DNA of 64,000 bases from a virus, in IMG/VR virus record IMGVR_UViG_2718218293_000003. One strand, given 5' to 3'. The translations under genes were made by a program, and so were the position numbers. Every line of letters begins with the position of its first letter. The stretch's first letter is position 1. The notes beneath the pieces are model-generated. The model worked only from the letters and a program-made list of their open reading frames with translations. It did not search any database and was not told where the DNA came from. This document shows, piece after piece, positions 46,080 to 56,200 of the stretch.

Positions 46080-47255
46080 CTACTGATTGCCCTGCTGCAG
46101 TTGCTCGGCCCATTGCCACGGACCGACCTCCAGTACTCCATCGCGTTCGATGATCGCGCGCCGCATGGAGATCAGTCGGCCGCAAACAGCGCATTTTCCA
46201 GGCGTGATCCCCCGGACATCGAAACGCACATGCCGTGCCCCACACTGTATGCATGGCGTGTCCTCCGCCGGACGCGCGCCGGCCCGAATGCGATGGGACA
46301 GCTGCCCGGTTGGATCCAGTTGATCACAGCGCTCACGGAACTCACGTATCAGCCTGGCGACGTTGCCGTGGTCGCCACCGACGATCTCTGCCAGCTGCGT
46401 GATCGAGAGCGGTAGCCCGAGGTAGCGAATCAATGCCCGCTGCCGCTCATACACCTTCCGGTTGCGTGTGAACGGCGTCCCGGTGCGCCGATTGAATTGT
46501 TTGCCGCACGAGGCGCACTTGAAGCGTGCAAAGCCGCTGAAAGTGCCCTTTGTCACCAGACGATCAGCACCACATGCCGGGCAGTCCGGCATCGGAAAGT
46601 GCTTGTTGGAATGGATAGTCTCAAAGTCTTCGAGCAGTTTCGCGGTAAGCGCCACATCCTCATAGGCGATCTGCTCATCAACCACCGGCGGCGCTTGATC
46701 CCGAACCGCGGTGAAACGCCCTCCCAGCCGAATATGGCGCTCATGGTGGCCACTCGGATCCAATTCGAGCACCCAACGGCGAAACATCCTGACCGTGTTG
46801 CGAATGGTCCGCTCCATCACCCCGAGCCGACGCGCCGCCTCCGGACAGCCGATCGCTTGCGGCAGCATCGTGATCAGCTCCTCAGCGCTGCGTCGAATCC
46901 GATGCCCGGAAAGCGGCGTGCCGCTCAAGCGACTGAAGTAGTGGTCGCACCCCTCGCACTGATAGGTCGGAAGTGGCCCCGTCTGCAGTGGCGCATATCC
47001 CTTCTTGTAGATCTGCGTGCCGCCGCATCGCGGACAGGACGGCACAGGATCCGCGTGGGGCGACATCAGTGCACGGACATGCTGAGTCAGAAAGCAGACC
47101 AGTGCCTCGGCAGCGTCCTTTGGAACGTCCGTCGGCAATGGGGCGTCATCGGACGATTCCGGTAGCGGCAACGCCGACTCCCTTCGGGATGCCTGCCCAG
47201 TGCTCGGTCGTCGCCCCCTGGCCCCGCTTGTCTTGACATTACCGCTCATTCGCAT
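46080..47255 (-). CDS. DUF746-like protein with tandem IS1/IS1595-type zinc-ribbon plus HTH units
   Basis: CPRC..CEGC-HTH, CPAC..CASC-HTH, CIQC..CAVC; no DDE domain visible. Confidence 0.7.
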   Translation of the reverse strand: MRMSGNVKTSGARGRRPSTGQASRRESALPLPESSDDAPLPTDVPKDAAEALVCFLTQHVRALMSPHADPVPSCPRCGGTQIYKKGYAPLQTGPLPTYQCEGCDHYFSRLSGTPLSGHRIRRSAEELITMLPQAIGCPEAARRLGVMERTIRNTVRMFRRWVLELDPSGHHERHIRLGGRFTAVRDQAPPVVDEQIAYEDVALTAKLLEDFETIHSNKHFPMPDCPACGADRLVTKGTFSGFARFKCASCGKQFNRRTGTPFTRNRKVYERQRALIRYLGLPLSITQLAEIVGGDHGNVARLIREFRERCDQLDPTGQLSHRIRAGARPAEDTPCIQCGARHVRFDVRGITPGKCAVCGRLISMRRAIIERDGVLEVGPWQWAEQLQQGNQ

Positions 47256-47368
47256 TTCCCTCGCAGTTGGCCACCCGCGGCTTTCCCTTCAGCTTCTCCA
47301 CAAAGGTGCCTGAGTGGCCCGGATCAATCTCCGGCGTGGCTGCACGACGCATGCATGCATGCCGCTCG

Positions 47369-48214
47369 TCATTGAACAATCTTCGCTGCTTTCAACAACC
47401 CGCCCACCACCTGCACCGTCACACGCTCCAGCTCGGCCGTTTCCAGCGCCTGCCGGATCGCCGGCCGGACCGTGTCGTACCCCGGCACCTGCGTCGGCCG
47501 CGCGGCTTCCACCTTGACGATGTAGCGCTGGCTGCCGACTTCGACCGGCGCGGTGCTCGTCGCGCCGATGCCCAGTGCCGCGATCTCGCGCGCCAGCGGC
47601 AGCGGCAGGTTCTGCGTCTTGCCCTCTTCCACCGGCACCTTGAAGCTCACCCAGTCCATGTCGCCGCCACGCACCTTGTTGGGCGCCGTGCTGTACTGCT
47701 GGGCCAGCTTGGCGAAGTCGCCGCCCTGCTTGAGCTGTGCCAGAACCTGCGCGGCGGTCACATCGTCGCCGAGCTGGATCACGCGCGCCTTGTACTCCTT
47801 GTCGCCCAGGCTGGCGACGATGGCGTCGTAGCGCGCCTTGACCTGCTCTTCGGTGATGGGCGCGGGCTTGATGTTGTCCTTCAGCCAGGCCTGGGTGATA
47901 ACCGCGTCGTGCGCTTCCTGCATGGCCTGCTTGACTGCCGGCAGCTTGTCGTAGGCCGGGTTCTTGGCGGCCTGCTGGCGGAACAGCTCGCGCGCGATCA
48001 ACTGCTGCTTGAGCGCCTGCGCGACCTGCGGATTGGCCTGCACGCCGCTCTGGGCGATGGCGCGGTCGAGCTGTTCCTGCGTGATGCGGGTGCCGTTGAC
48101 GAGGGCGATGACGCCCGGTGGCAGGCCATCCGCGTGGGCCGATGACGCCGCCATGGCGGCTACAGCCGACAGAACAGCGATGGTGATCTTCAAGAATTGG
48201 GTAGGACGATTCAT
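47369..48214 (-). CDS. PpiC/parvulin-type peptidyl-prolyl isomerase, exported
   Basis: Signal peptide; DFAKLAQQYSTAPNKVRGGDMDW. Confidence 0.88.
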   Translation of the reverse strand: MNRPTQFLKITIAVLSAVAAMAASSAHADGLPPGVIALVNGTRITQEQLDRAIAQSGVQANPQVAQALKQQLIARELFRQQAAKNPAYDKLPAVKQAMQEAHDAVITQAWLKDNIKPAPITEEQVKARYDAIVASLGDKEYKARVIQLGDDVTAAQVLAQLKQGGDFAKLAQQYSTAPNKVRGGDMDWVSFKVPVEEGKTQNLPLPLAREIAALGIGATSTAPVEVGSQRYIVKVEAARPTQVPGYDTVRPAIRQALETAELERVTVQVVGGLLKAAKIVQ

Positions 48215-48226
48215 TTTGGTTGCTCG

Positions 48227-49978
48227 CTAAAACGAGTAGTTCATTGTGGCCAGCAAGACCGTTGCCTTGCTGCCAAGTTCCGCGGGTTGCACCAGCGCGC
48301 GCCCAAGCAGCAGCTCGCTGGTGAAGGCATGCTTGCCGGCGCTCGCAGCCAGCCGCACGCCCACGCCGGTGCCGGCCAGGTACTGCCAGTGCTGGTTCGC
48401 CACCAGCTGCGTCTGTCCGCCGTCCAGGAAGACATAGGGTTCGATGCGCACGCCGGCCAGCACGGGCACGGTGCCCCACACCACTTCGTTGCGCAGCGTC
48501 AGACCTCGATCGCCGCTGATCAGCCCCTCGCGGAAGCCGCGCACCGAGCCCATGCCGCCGGCAAAGATCTGCTCCGAGCCGAACAGCGCGACGTTCGACC
48601 ACTGCGCCGACACCTGCCCACGATATGCCAGCGCGGCCTTGCCGATGGCTGGCAGCGGCAGCTGGGTGCTGGCGCTGCCGTCGAGCTTCCAGAACTGACT
48701 GTGGGCCTCGTCGCGGGTGATGTCGGGCGCGTCGTGGCTCGCGTTGAGCGCGTCCATGCCACGCGAGATCCCTGCCTCCCAGGTCGCATAGCCACCCTGG
48801 CTGCCAATCGCGAACTTGCGCAGCCCATTGATGGCCACGCGCAGCACCGACAGGCTCTGCGGATCGAACAGCAGGTTGTTGACCTCGCGCTCGCTGCGCC
48901 GGTGCGTGAGCGTCACGTCGAACGCGGTGCGGCCGCGCTGGTCGCGTTCGATCACGCGGTTCCAGCCGAAGGTATGCGCGAACGTGCGGCCATAGAGCAG
49001 CGCCGTATCGCCGATCAGGCTGTTGTACTCCGACAGCGAGCCGGTATAGCTGAACGTGTTGTAGCCGAACGGCACGGCCGCCGAGACGATGGCCGCGTTG
49101 GTATCGCGCGTGCCTATGTACGACAGCGACACGGCCTCCTGCAAGCCGAGCGCGTTGTCCGCGTCGATGCCGGCGCGCAGGCGCGTGGTGCCGGTGGCGC
49201 GGCTGCCGTAGTTGTCGGTGCCGGCGCTGAAGCGGAAGCGGTCGCCCGGCTGGTTGGCCAGCGCGATCACGGAGCCGCCCGGCGCCTGGCCCGGCAGGAT
49301 CTGCACCTCGGCCTGGTTGCGGCGCAGGCGGTTGATCTGGTCGACGCCCTGCTCCAGATCGGACAGCCTGAGCGTGTCGCCCACCGCCGGCATCGACCAC
49401 ACCGTGCCGGCATCGGTCAGCCAGCCGCCGGCCTGCGGTCCTTCGGCCAGTTTGGCATCGGGCACCGTGGTACGGACCGTCTTGCCGTTGATCTGCAGCG
49501 CCTCGACCTTGCCCGGCACCACGGCGATGGTCAGCACGCCCACCTTGAGGTTCTGCGGCGCCAGGTAAGCGCGCGTGGTGACGAAGCCGCGCGCGACGAA
49601 CGCTTCGGTCAGCCGGCGCAGCAGCAGGTTGATGCGGTTGGTGCCGAGCGCGTGGTTCAGGAACGGCTGCGTGACGCGTTCGACGGTGTCGGCATCCAGC
49701 ACCGTGTTGCCGGTCAGCTCGATGCGGTGGATGTCGAAGGTCGTGCCCGGCTCGACCACCGCATCGACGGCGGCGTCATCGGGCACCGACGGCGCGACGG
49801 CGATCTGCGGCGCGGGCTGCGTGGCCTCGCGACGGCGCTCGGTGTCCTGGCGCTCGCGCAGGGCGCGTTGGGCCGGGTCCTCAAGGAGCGGCCCCGGCAG
49901 CGCGGGTGGAGGAACTTGTGCCTGGGCGGCCATTGCCCACAGCAGTGCCGCTGCCAGCGAGAAAGGCTTCAATCTCAT
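48227..49978 (-). CDS. TpsB (ShlB/FhaC/HecB) outer-membrane transporter
   Basis: Signal peptide, POTRA (RGFVTTRAYL), GGMGSVRGF motif, C-terminal YSF. Confidence 0.92.
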   Translation of the reverse strand: MRLKPFSLAAALLWAMAAQAQVPPPALPGPLLEDPAQRALRERQDTERRREATQPAPQIAVAPSVPDDAAVDAVVEPGTTFDIHRIELTGNTVLDADTVERVTQPFLNHALGTNRINLLLRRLTEAFVARGFVTTRAYLAPQNLKVGVLTIAVVPGKVEALQINGKTVRTTVPDAKLAEGPQAGGWLTDAGTVWSMPAVGDTLRLSDLEQGVDQINRLRRNQAEVQILPGQAPGGSVIALANQPGDRFRFSAGTDNYGSRATGTTRLRAGIDADNALGLQEAVSLSYIGTRDTNAAIVSAAVPFGYNTFSYTGSLSEYNSLIGDTALLYGRTFAHTFGWNRVIERDQRGRTAFDVTLTHRRSEREVNNLLFDPQSLSVLRVAINGLRKFAIGSQGGYATWEAGISRGMDALNASHDAPDITRDEAHSQFWKLDGSASTQLPLPAIGKAALAYRGQVSAQWSNVALFGSEQIFAGGMGSVRGFREGLISGDRGLTLRNEVVWGTVPVLAGVRIEPYVFLDGGQTQLVANQHWQYLAGTGVGVRLAASAGKHAFTSELLLGRALVQPAELGSKATVLLATMNYSF

Positions 49979-49989
49979 CGAACAGCCCC

Positions 49990-52527
49990 TCACTGCCACA
50001 GCCACGACGTCAAGCCGACACGCGACTCGACCGACACCGGCTGCCGCGACTTGGCCCGCACCGTCACGATGCCGTTGCTGGCGGTGACGGTCTGCCCGTC
50101 GAAACTGCCGCCCTCGATCTGCCCCTGACCGTTGATCGTCAGGCCACCGCCGATGGCAAACCAGCTGCCACCCACATCGGCCGCGTACAGGCGCGCCCAC
50201 GTATCGCCGAAGAATGCCTTGAAGCCCCGCTCGCGCGCCAGCGCCGTGTAGCCGGTGATGCCGACCGCGCGTACCTTGGGCGCGGTCACGGTCATGCTGC
50301 CGATGGAGAGCACCTGCCCGCCGATGTTCTCGGCCAGCGTGCCGGCCCGGATGGACAGGTTGCCCGCCGCCGAAATCGCCCCACCCGTGGTCGACACCGT
50401 GCTCGATGCCTCGGTGCGGCAGAAGATCATGCAGCTGCGGCTGAAGTGCGCCGAGCCCGTCGCCAGCGCTTCGTTATGGAACACGTTGGCGGCCGCGATG
50501 ACGATATCGCCGCCGTTGGAAAGCACCTGCCCGCCGACGTTGCTGACGTTGCGGCCGCTGACCACCGTGCCCGTCTGCGATACGAAATACGGCACCTGGC
50601 CCGTCTGCGGAATGGAACCGTAATCCACATCGAGCCCCGCGCTGTGGTTGCGCAGGAACAGCCAGCGCGTGCCGCTGCTGGTCCAGGCGACAGGCTTCTC
50701 GCCGTTGGCGCCGGCGGTCTTGTCCAGCGTATTGAACACGTCGCCCTGCGCGGCCAGCGTCAGCTTCGCGTTCGACAGGATGCGGCTCTGGTGGTTGACG
50801 ATGTCGCCGCCGGCGCGCACCACCACGTCATCGTCCTGACCGAAGACGATGCCCTGCGTGCTCGCGGTGGCGTCGTTGCGCACGGCGCCGGCCGCAATCA
50901 GCGTGACCGCGCCTTCGGAGGCCGATTGGCCGGCGTTGCGCGTCTTGCCCTGGATCAGCCCGCCGACGTTGACGAGATCCGCATCGCTCTGGATCAGCAC
51001 CCCGCCGTTCATGGCCGCCACCGACGCCGGCAGCACCGACGCCGCGAGGTTGACGCTGCCGCCGTGAATCGTCGCATTGCCTGCTGCGATGACGGTCGAG
51101 TCGGTCTGTGCGTAGGCACCCGTCGCATCCAGCGTCACATCACCGCCCGAGGATTGCACCGTGGCCGCCGTGCCGTTCGTCGCGCTGAGCGCGATGGAAC
51201 CGGCCTGCACCGTCGTCCCGCCCGTGCCGTCGATCTTGCTGCCCGCCACCTGCACGGCACCGGGCGCAGTGATGGCCACCGTGCCCTGCTGCGAGGTCCA
51301 TCGGCTCGCGCCCGACGCATCCGCACCGAGCGACAGGGACCCGACCTGCGCGACCACGTTCTGGGCCGCCGTCAGCTGCGTCGCCGTCATCGACACACCG
51401 GGCCCGGCATCGAACAGGCCGATGCCGCCGGTTGCGCTCAGCGTACCGTGGTCGATCGTGACCGGCTCGGTGTGCACCTGCCCCGACGCGCCGATCACGA
51501 TGCTGCCGACCTGCGACGCCGTGCCCGCCGACAGCGCGGCGCCATCGAGATGCACCTTGTTCGCACTCACCTGGAGGTTGCGACCGGCCGCCAGCACGCC
51601 CTTGCCCAACAGCCCCGCCGAACCGATCAGCACATCATTGGCCGCGCTGACGCTGCCGCCGCCCAGTTGCAAGTCACCCGTGCTGCTGATGACGAAATCG
51701 CCGGCCGTCGCAAACGCCGCGCCGGCGTGCCGCACACCCGCACCCTGGTCGGTGACCAGCAGCTCGATCCGCCCGCCCGTGAGCGACCCGCCCGACGCGA
51801 TGTCGATCGCCAGCCCCAGCGGCCGGCCCGATCCCGTGCTGCTGTAGGTGACCCACGGGTTCAGGTTGTCGGTGGGCGACACGCTGGTATCGATCTCCGC
51901 CCGGCTGTCGCCCGCGACGATGCGGACCTTGCTGTTGGCATCGGTGAAGCTGTTCTGCACCGCGCCCGCCACGCGCACCTGCTTGGCGATCAGCTCCAGG
52001 TTCAGCATCGCCCCGGCCAGGCCGCCCGGGCCGATGTTGATGGCGCCGGCGCCGGTATTGAGCACCACGTTGCGCTGCAGCTGGCCGGCGCCCGTGGTGA
52101 AGTCGTTGAACGACACCTGGCCCGTGGTCAGCGCCACATTGCCCGTGTTGGTGAACGAACCACCGTCCACCGTGATGCCGTTCGGGTTGGCGATGATCAC
52201 GTTGGCGCGCGGCCCCAGCACGGCGATGTTGCCCTGGATCAGCGACGGGTCGGTGCTGGTGACCTGGTTGACGATGGTGCGGGCGCGGACGGTGGCGTTG
52301 TTCAGGTCGGCGCCGACTGGGCCGACGTTGAATGACGTGTAGGTGTTGTGGGAGACGCCTGCGGTGCTGGGGGCGATGTTGACCACGGGGCGGCCGTTGG
52401 GGCCTGTGGTGACCGTTGTGGCGGTGCCGCCGTCGGGGACGATGCCGGCGGCGGCTGCTGGCGGCATGAAGATGGCCCATAGGCCAAGGAGCGCGGCCAG
52501 CTTGGCTGGGCGGTGTTGTGACTGCAC
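49990..52527 (-). CDS. Short TpsA: filamentous-haemagglutinin secretion-domain protein (845 aa)
   Basis: Signal peptide, VVNIAP...SHNTY, IIANPNGI TPS domain, beta-helix repeats; no toxin tip. Confidence 0.85.
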   Translation of the reverse strand: MQSQHRPAKLAALLGLWAIFMPPAAAAGIVPDGGTATTVTTGPNGRPVVNIAPSTAGVSHNTYTSFNVGPVGADLNNATVRARTIVNQVTSTDPSLIQGNIAVLGPRANVIIANPNGITVDGGSFTNTGNVALTTGQVSFNDFTTGAGQLQRNVVLNTGAGAINIGPGGLAGAMLNLELIAKQVRVAGAVQNSFTDANSKVRIVAGDSRAEIDTSVSPTDNLNPWVTYSSTGSGRPLGLAIDIASGGSLTGGRIELLVTDQGAGVRHAGAAFATAGDFVISSTGDLQLGGGSVSAANDVLIGSAGLLGKGVLAAGRNLQVSANKVHLDGAALSAGTASQVGSIVIGASGQVHTEPVTIDHGTLSATGGIGLFDAGPGVSMTATQLTAAQNVVAQVGSLSLGADASGASRWTSQQGTVAITAPGAVQVAGSKIDGTGGTTVQAGSIALSATNGTAATVQSSGGDVTLDATGAYAQTDSTVIAAGNATIHGGSVNLAASVLPASVAAMNGGVLIQSDADLVNVGGLIQGKTRNAGQSASEGAVTLIAAGAVRNDATASTQGIVFGQDDDVVVRAGGDIVNHQSRILSNAKLTLAAQGDVFNTLDKTAGANGEKPVAWTSSGTRWLFLRNHSAGLDVDYGSIPQTGQVPYFVSQTGTVVSGRNVSNVGGQVLSNGGDIVIAAANVFHNEALATGSAHFSRSCMIFCRTEASSTVSTTGGAISAAGNLSIRAGTLAENIGGQVLSIGSMTVTAPKVRAVGITGYTALARERGFKAFFGDTWARLYAADVGGSWFAIGGGLTINGQGQIEGGSFDGQTVTASNGIVTVRAKSRQPVSVESRVGLTSWLWQ

Positions 52528-52615
52528 GAGACTCTTCCCCTAAAACTGCTTGTTTTGTTGTTGTGACGACAATTTGCCTGATCGCCGACCTACAGCGCGC
52601 ACGGCCCGTGGGTGC

Positions 52616-52921
52616 CTACTGAATGACCTCGCGATAGCCTTGACTGAACAGAAGGCTTCGCAACCAACGTCTGCCTCGAATAGCGCAATAGAAGTTTTTG
52701 GCGAGGAAAAGCAGCAAAGCACCACCTATCGGTGATGACTGGCTACTCTGTACGCCGTAGAGCAATAGCAATCCGGCTACACCATCGACAGAGACCAACC
52801 GCCCACCCTGGACAATCAACCCTTCCGAATAGGCCCAGATGGTTCCAAAAAGCAGCGCTGCCCAGCAAAAACCTGGCTCGACCCTGCGTTCTGGCCTTAT
52901 GGAATGGATAAAAATACTCAC
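52616..52921 (-). CDS. Small membrane protein (DUF2628-like)
   Basis: GFCWAALLFGTIWA plus hydrophobic segments. Confidence 0.5.
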   Translation of the reverse strand: MSIFIHSIRPERRVEPGFCWAALLFGTIWAYSEGLIVQGGRLVSVDGVAGLLLLYGVQSSQSSPIGGALLLFLAKNFYCAIRGRRWLRSLLFSQGYREVIQ

Positions 52922-53036
52922 GGTTTACATCGATCGCAGACGAAATTCGCAATACCCTCTAATTCGGCATAACCTACAAACATCAAGATTAAATATGCTC
53001 CTCAAACGATAGGTTAAGACTTATTTACTACCGTCT

Positions 53037-53492
53037 TTATTCGCTGTTTTTCACGAGCATCTCCACTCGTTGCCTCAATCGTTGAGGAACCCAACTCTTG
53101 TTCAACATGGTGCTTAAGCTCCCCCGTACGTCCGGGGTAACCTTACCAGCAGCCTTGATCCAGTCGATCGCTTTCATGGGCCAGTAGTCAGAGACCGACG
53201 ATTCGAAGGAAACCCTCAGCAACAAAGCCTCTGGAAAAGATTGGACGATCCCTGCAAGTTCAGCGCGATCTTGAGCAACCTTATACAGATGCCCGTAAAA
53301 CCGCACCCTGTCCATCTCGAGCAAAGGCAGTAACGGCATCATGTCTTCAGGTTTGGACAAAACAGTATTCCGCTCCCCCACGCCAATGCACCACTCGCCA
53401 TGAAGATGGGCACCGAGCCTCACTTGACCAATACTTGCAAGCCAGACAACCTTAGGCGCTATAAGCGGAGGATCGAGTAGCAGTATTTTCAT
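53037..53492 (-). CDS. Putative orphan immunity protein
   Basis: 151 aa, low GC, within the array downstream of the toxin modules. Confidence 0.6.
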   Translation of the reverse strand: MKILLLDPPLIAPKVVWLASIGQVRLGAHLHGEWCIGVGERNTVLSKPEDMMPLLPLLEMDRVRFYGHLYKVAQDRAELAGIVQSFPEALLLRVSFESSVSDYWPMKAIDWIKAAGKVTPDVRGSLSTMLNKSWVPQRLRQRVEMLVKNSE

Positions 53493-53618
53493 TTACCCTC
53501 CGAATTGAATTCTTTACATCGTTCGCGTTGATCACGATCTGGCCTCCGGACCGCCGTGGGATTCAACGTAACACGAAAGCGTGCCGCACCAGCGCAAGCC
53601 TATCCCACCTCTTTGACT

Positions 53619-53878
53619 CTATTCGTACACTCGGGCTGCAAACAAGATGTCCGCGAACGTTCGCCACGTCGGCATGTTCAGAATCGGCTGACCCATGTTC
53701 TTGTAGTACCCGTCCATCTCTCTAATCCAAGATTCCATAGCGCCAAGGAATCTATCAAGGCTAACGTTTTCCCAATCCCCGCATTCTCCCGCAAGTCTCT
53801 AACAAGGGCGGCAACGAAATCTGCCAGCCGCTCTTTAGAGTCAACATCGTTAACTTCCTGAGGTGTGATTTTAACCAT
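53619..53878 (-). pseudogene. Immunity-like protein with a 1-nt deletion in a G-run
   Basis: 260 nt; adding one G at GCGGGGATT restores MVKITP...ENAGDWENVSLDRFLGAMESW...WRTFADILFAARVYE. Confidence 0.65.
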
Positions 53879-53939
53879 CGTTCTCGCCTCCCTTCGCAAA
53901 AAAGTAGTGATTATCAATAGCGTGATCACCCAATTCTGC

Positions 53940-54431
53940 TCAAACACAACGGCAACCCGAGTTTACCGCCAAAAAACCTTCGCACATATTTAAATCTCGA
54001 ACGCATCTCCGTAGAATCTGCACGAGATTATCTACATCGACGGCAACGACGTCCCCAATCCGCTCCCCCTCCGGAGCAAGCATAACCGCCCAGAAATTCA
54101 ACGAGTTCAGCAATTGACAAAAACCAATTTCAAACAGGCTTGAATTTTTCGAATTCATTTCAACCGCCCAAGATTGATATTTATCTAGACCGACTCCAGC
54201 CATCCAAACATATTCGAGTTCAGCGCTCTGCTCACTGGCTGGCAACCTACTGCGAATGAACTTAGTGACGGGATAAATTTCAAACTCGACCTCATCAAGA
54301 CCAGTGGAAACGTATCGAGGCTTTCCGACCACAACAGTCTCCTCGCACCATTTCCTTATCTGTGGAGGCAACTGCGATAAGACTCTTTCCCTATCAACTT
54401 TGCGCAACACAATGCCAAAATTTGCATTCAT
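53940..54431 (-). CDS. Putative orphan immunity protein
   Basis: 163 aa, low GC, within the array. Confidence 0.6.
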   Translation of the reverse strand: MNANFGIVLRKVDRERVLSQLPPQIRKWCEETVVVGKPRYVSTGLDEVEFEIYPVTKFIRSRLPASEQSAELEYVWMAGVGLDKYQSWAVEMNSKNSSLFEIGFCQLLNSLNFWAVMLAPEGERIGDVVAVDVDNLVQILRRCVRDLNMCEGFLAVNSGCRCV

Positions 54432-54778
54432 AGAATTTCCGTATCGCCCAAAGTAGCGCAGCTCAACTTTCTATTTCCACCAGGGATTGAACTGTGTGAA
54501 CTGGCGCCTCCAAGACCTGCCGGCCGAAACTCCATTCAACCGTCTCGATGTTCGTTACGAGCGAGATGCGAATTCTTGGCTTTCCCATCAATGGGGCCTT
54601 GTCACAATACGATTCATAGTTTTTGTCGCGAAATCGAAACGACACTAATTCATTAAGCCACTTGACACATCCCCAACCTTAGAAAATTCCACAAAAACCG
54701 AACAAACTAGTATGGAGTTGCTTGTTACCGCTTTGGCAGGATACATCTCCCCCAATATACTGACAAAATCACTTGCAG

Positions 54779-55862
54779 GGCGGTCTCAAGAGTCAAGTGC
54801 AACGTTTAGCCAATCCAGCGATTTCCAATTCCTTGGCCATTGCTTCCTCGGGTGTATCCCAGCCAAGGGTCTGACGAGGCCGGCCGTTGAGCAATTTGGC
54901 GATGTCGTTGAGCTGGGTCTGTGTGGCTGCCGATAGGTCGATGCCTTTGGGCAGAAACTGGCGCAGCAAACCGTTGGTGTTCTCGTTGCTGCCGCGCTGC
55001 CAAGGCGCATGCGGATCGGCAAACCAGATATCGAGATTCAGTCGCTTGGAGAGTTCGACATGGCAGGTCATTTCCGTTCCGCGATCGTAGGTCAGGCTCT
55101 CGCGCAGGAAGGCCGGCAGCTTCTTCATCTGGCGCGTGAAGCCTTCCAGGGCGTCCCGAGCGGTGCAGCCGTCCATGCGGCACAGCACCACGAAGCGCGT
55201 CTTGCGTTCCACCAGCGTGCCCACGCAGGAGCGATTGAACGCCCCCTTGATGAGGTCGCCTTCCCAATGCCCCGGCAACTGCCGCAGCTCAATCGCCTCG
55301 GGTCGGTGAACGATGCGCAGAGCCTCGGGCACGAATCCGCCTCCAGCAAGCGTGGTGCGCCGGCGCCCACGCACGGGCTTTTCCTGACGCAATGCGTCGA
55401 TCATCGCCTGCTTGAGCCCCCCTCGCGGATGCGCGTATATCGCGGCGTAAATCGTTTCGTGGCTGACGCGTTGGTCGGGGTCGTCGGGGTACATACGGCG
55501 AAGTTTGGCGGCAATCTGCTGCGGTGACCAGCGCCAATAGACCAGCCGGTCATGCACATGCTGATACAGCGCGTTGCCGGCAAGCAGCTTGCGCCGACGC
55601 CTGCAACCTTGACGACGAACACGGTACGCCGATGCCGCCTGCGTCGCATCGTAGTGTGCCGCTGCCGTATCGCAGTTGCGCGCCAGTTCACGCGAAACCG
55701 TCGAGGCGCCTCGACCAAGCAGTCGTGCGATGGCTCTCGTGCTTCCTCCATTCCGATGCTCGATCATGATGACCGCGCGTTCCTCCGCGCTCAGATGCTT
55801 GTACTTCCTCATCGCAACACCTTACTCGATTCAAGGTGTTGCACTTGGTGCTAGAGACTAAG
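54779..55862 (-). mobile_element. IS30-family element (1084 bp)
   Basis: Imperfect IRs sharing GTCTC and AAGTGCAAC; CAG duplication at 54776-54778 and 55863-55865. Confidence 0.85.
54793..55812 (-). CDS. IS30-family transposase (339 aa)
   Basis: HLSAEER HTH, GHWEGDLI, LTYDRGTEM, QRGSNENTNGLLRQFLPKG. Confidence 0.95.
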   Translation of the reverse strand: MRKYKHLSAEERAVIMIEHRNGGSTRAIARLLGRGASTVSRELARNCDTAAAHYDATQAASAYRVRRQGCRRRRKLLAGNALYQHVHDRLVYWRWSPQQIAAKLRRMYPDDPDQRVSHETIYAAIYAHPRGGLKQAMIDALRQEKPVRGRRRTTLAGGGFVPEALRIVHRPEAIELRQLPGHWEGDLIKGAFNRSCVGTLVERKTRFVVLCRMDGCTARDALEGFTRQMKKLPAFLRESLTYDRGTEMTCHVELSKRLNLDIWFADPHAPWQRGSNENTNGLLRQFLPKGIDLSAATQTQLNDIAKLLNGRPRQTLGWDTPEEAMAKELEIAGLAKRCT

Positions 55863-56200
55863 CAGCATCTTCATTTGTCAAAGTCCTCACATTACATTCG
55901 CCATCTTCCGATATCTCGGTTAGCAGAAGTAAGAAGCGGCCCCCCTCAGCGTAGAGAGTTAGCTCCAAGGGGCCAAACTCCGGAGCGGGATCAGGTCGCA
56001 TGGCGAGAACGCCGGCCCCTCCACTGACAGCAAAAACTCTTTTAGAAATTTCTTCGCTACTTGGATTGATTACCAAAGGAAGTTTATTTCGCGCCTCATT
56101 AGATCCAATAACATAACCACCGAACGTCACCTTCACGTTCACTCCTTAATCAACCTCACTCTTCGCCAACACCCTCTCCCGTTATACCGCCGCCGAAAAA

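Larger units (their letters stand above)
54645..56142 (-). pseudogene. Immunity-like protein (136 aa restored) split by an IS30-family element
   Basis: ...NVRTLTNEDA|ASDFVSILGEMYPAKAVT...; removing the IS and the 3-bp duplication restores 411 nt in frame. Confidence 0.7.

Noticed and set aside
47289..49400. 703-aa minus-strand ORF overlapping TpsB and the PPIase
   Set aside because: Arg/Ala/Pro-rich off-frame read-through with no motifs, unlike the methyltransferase overlap.
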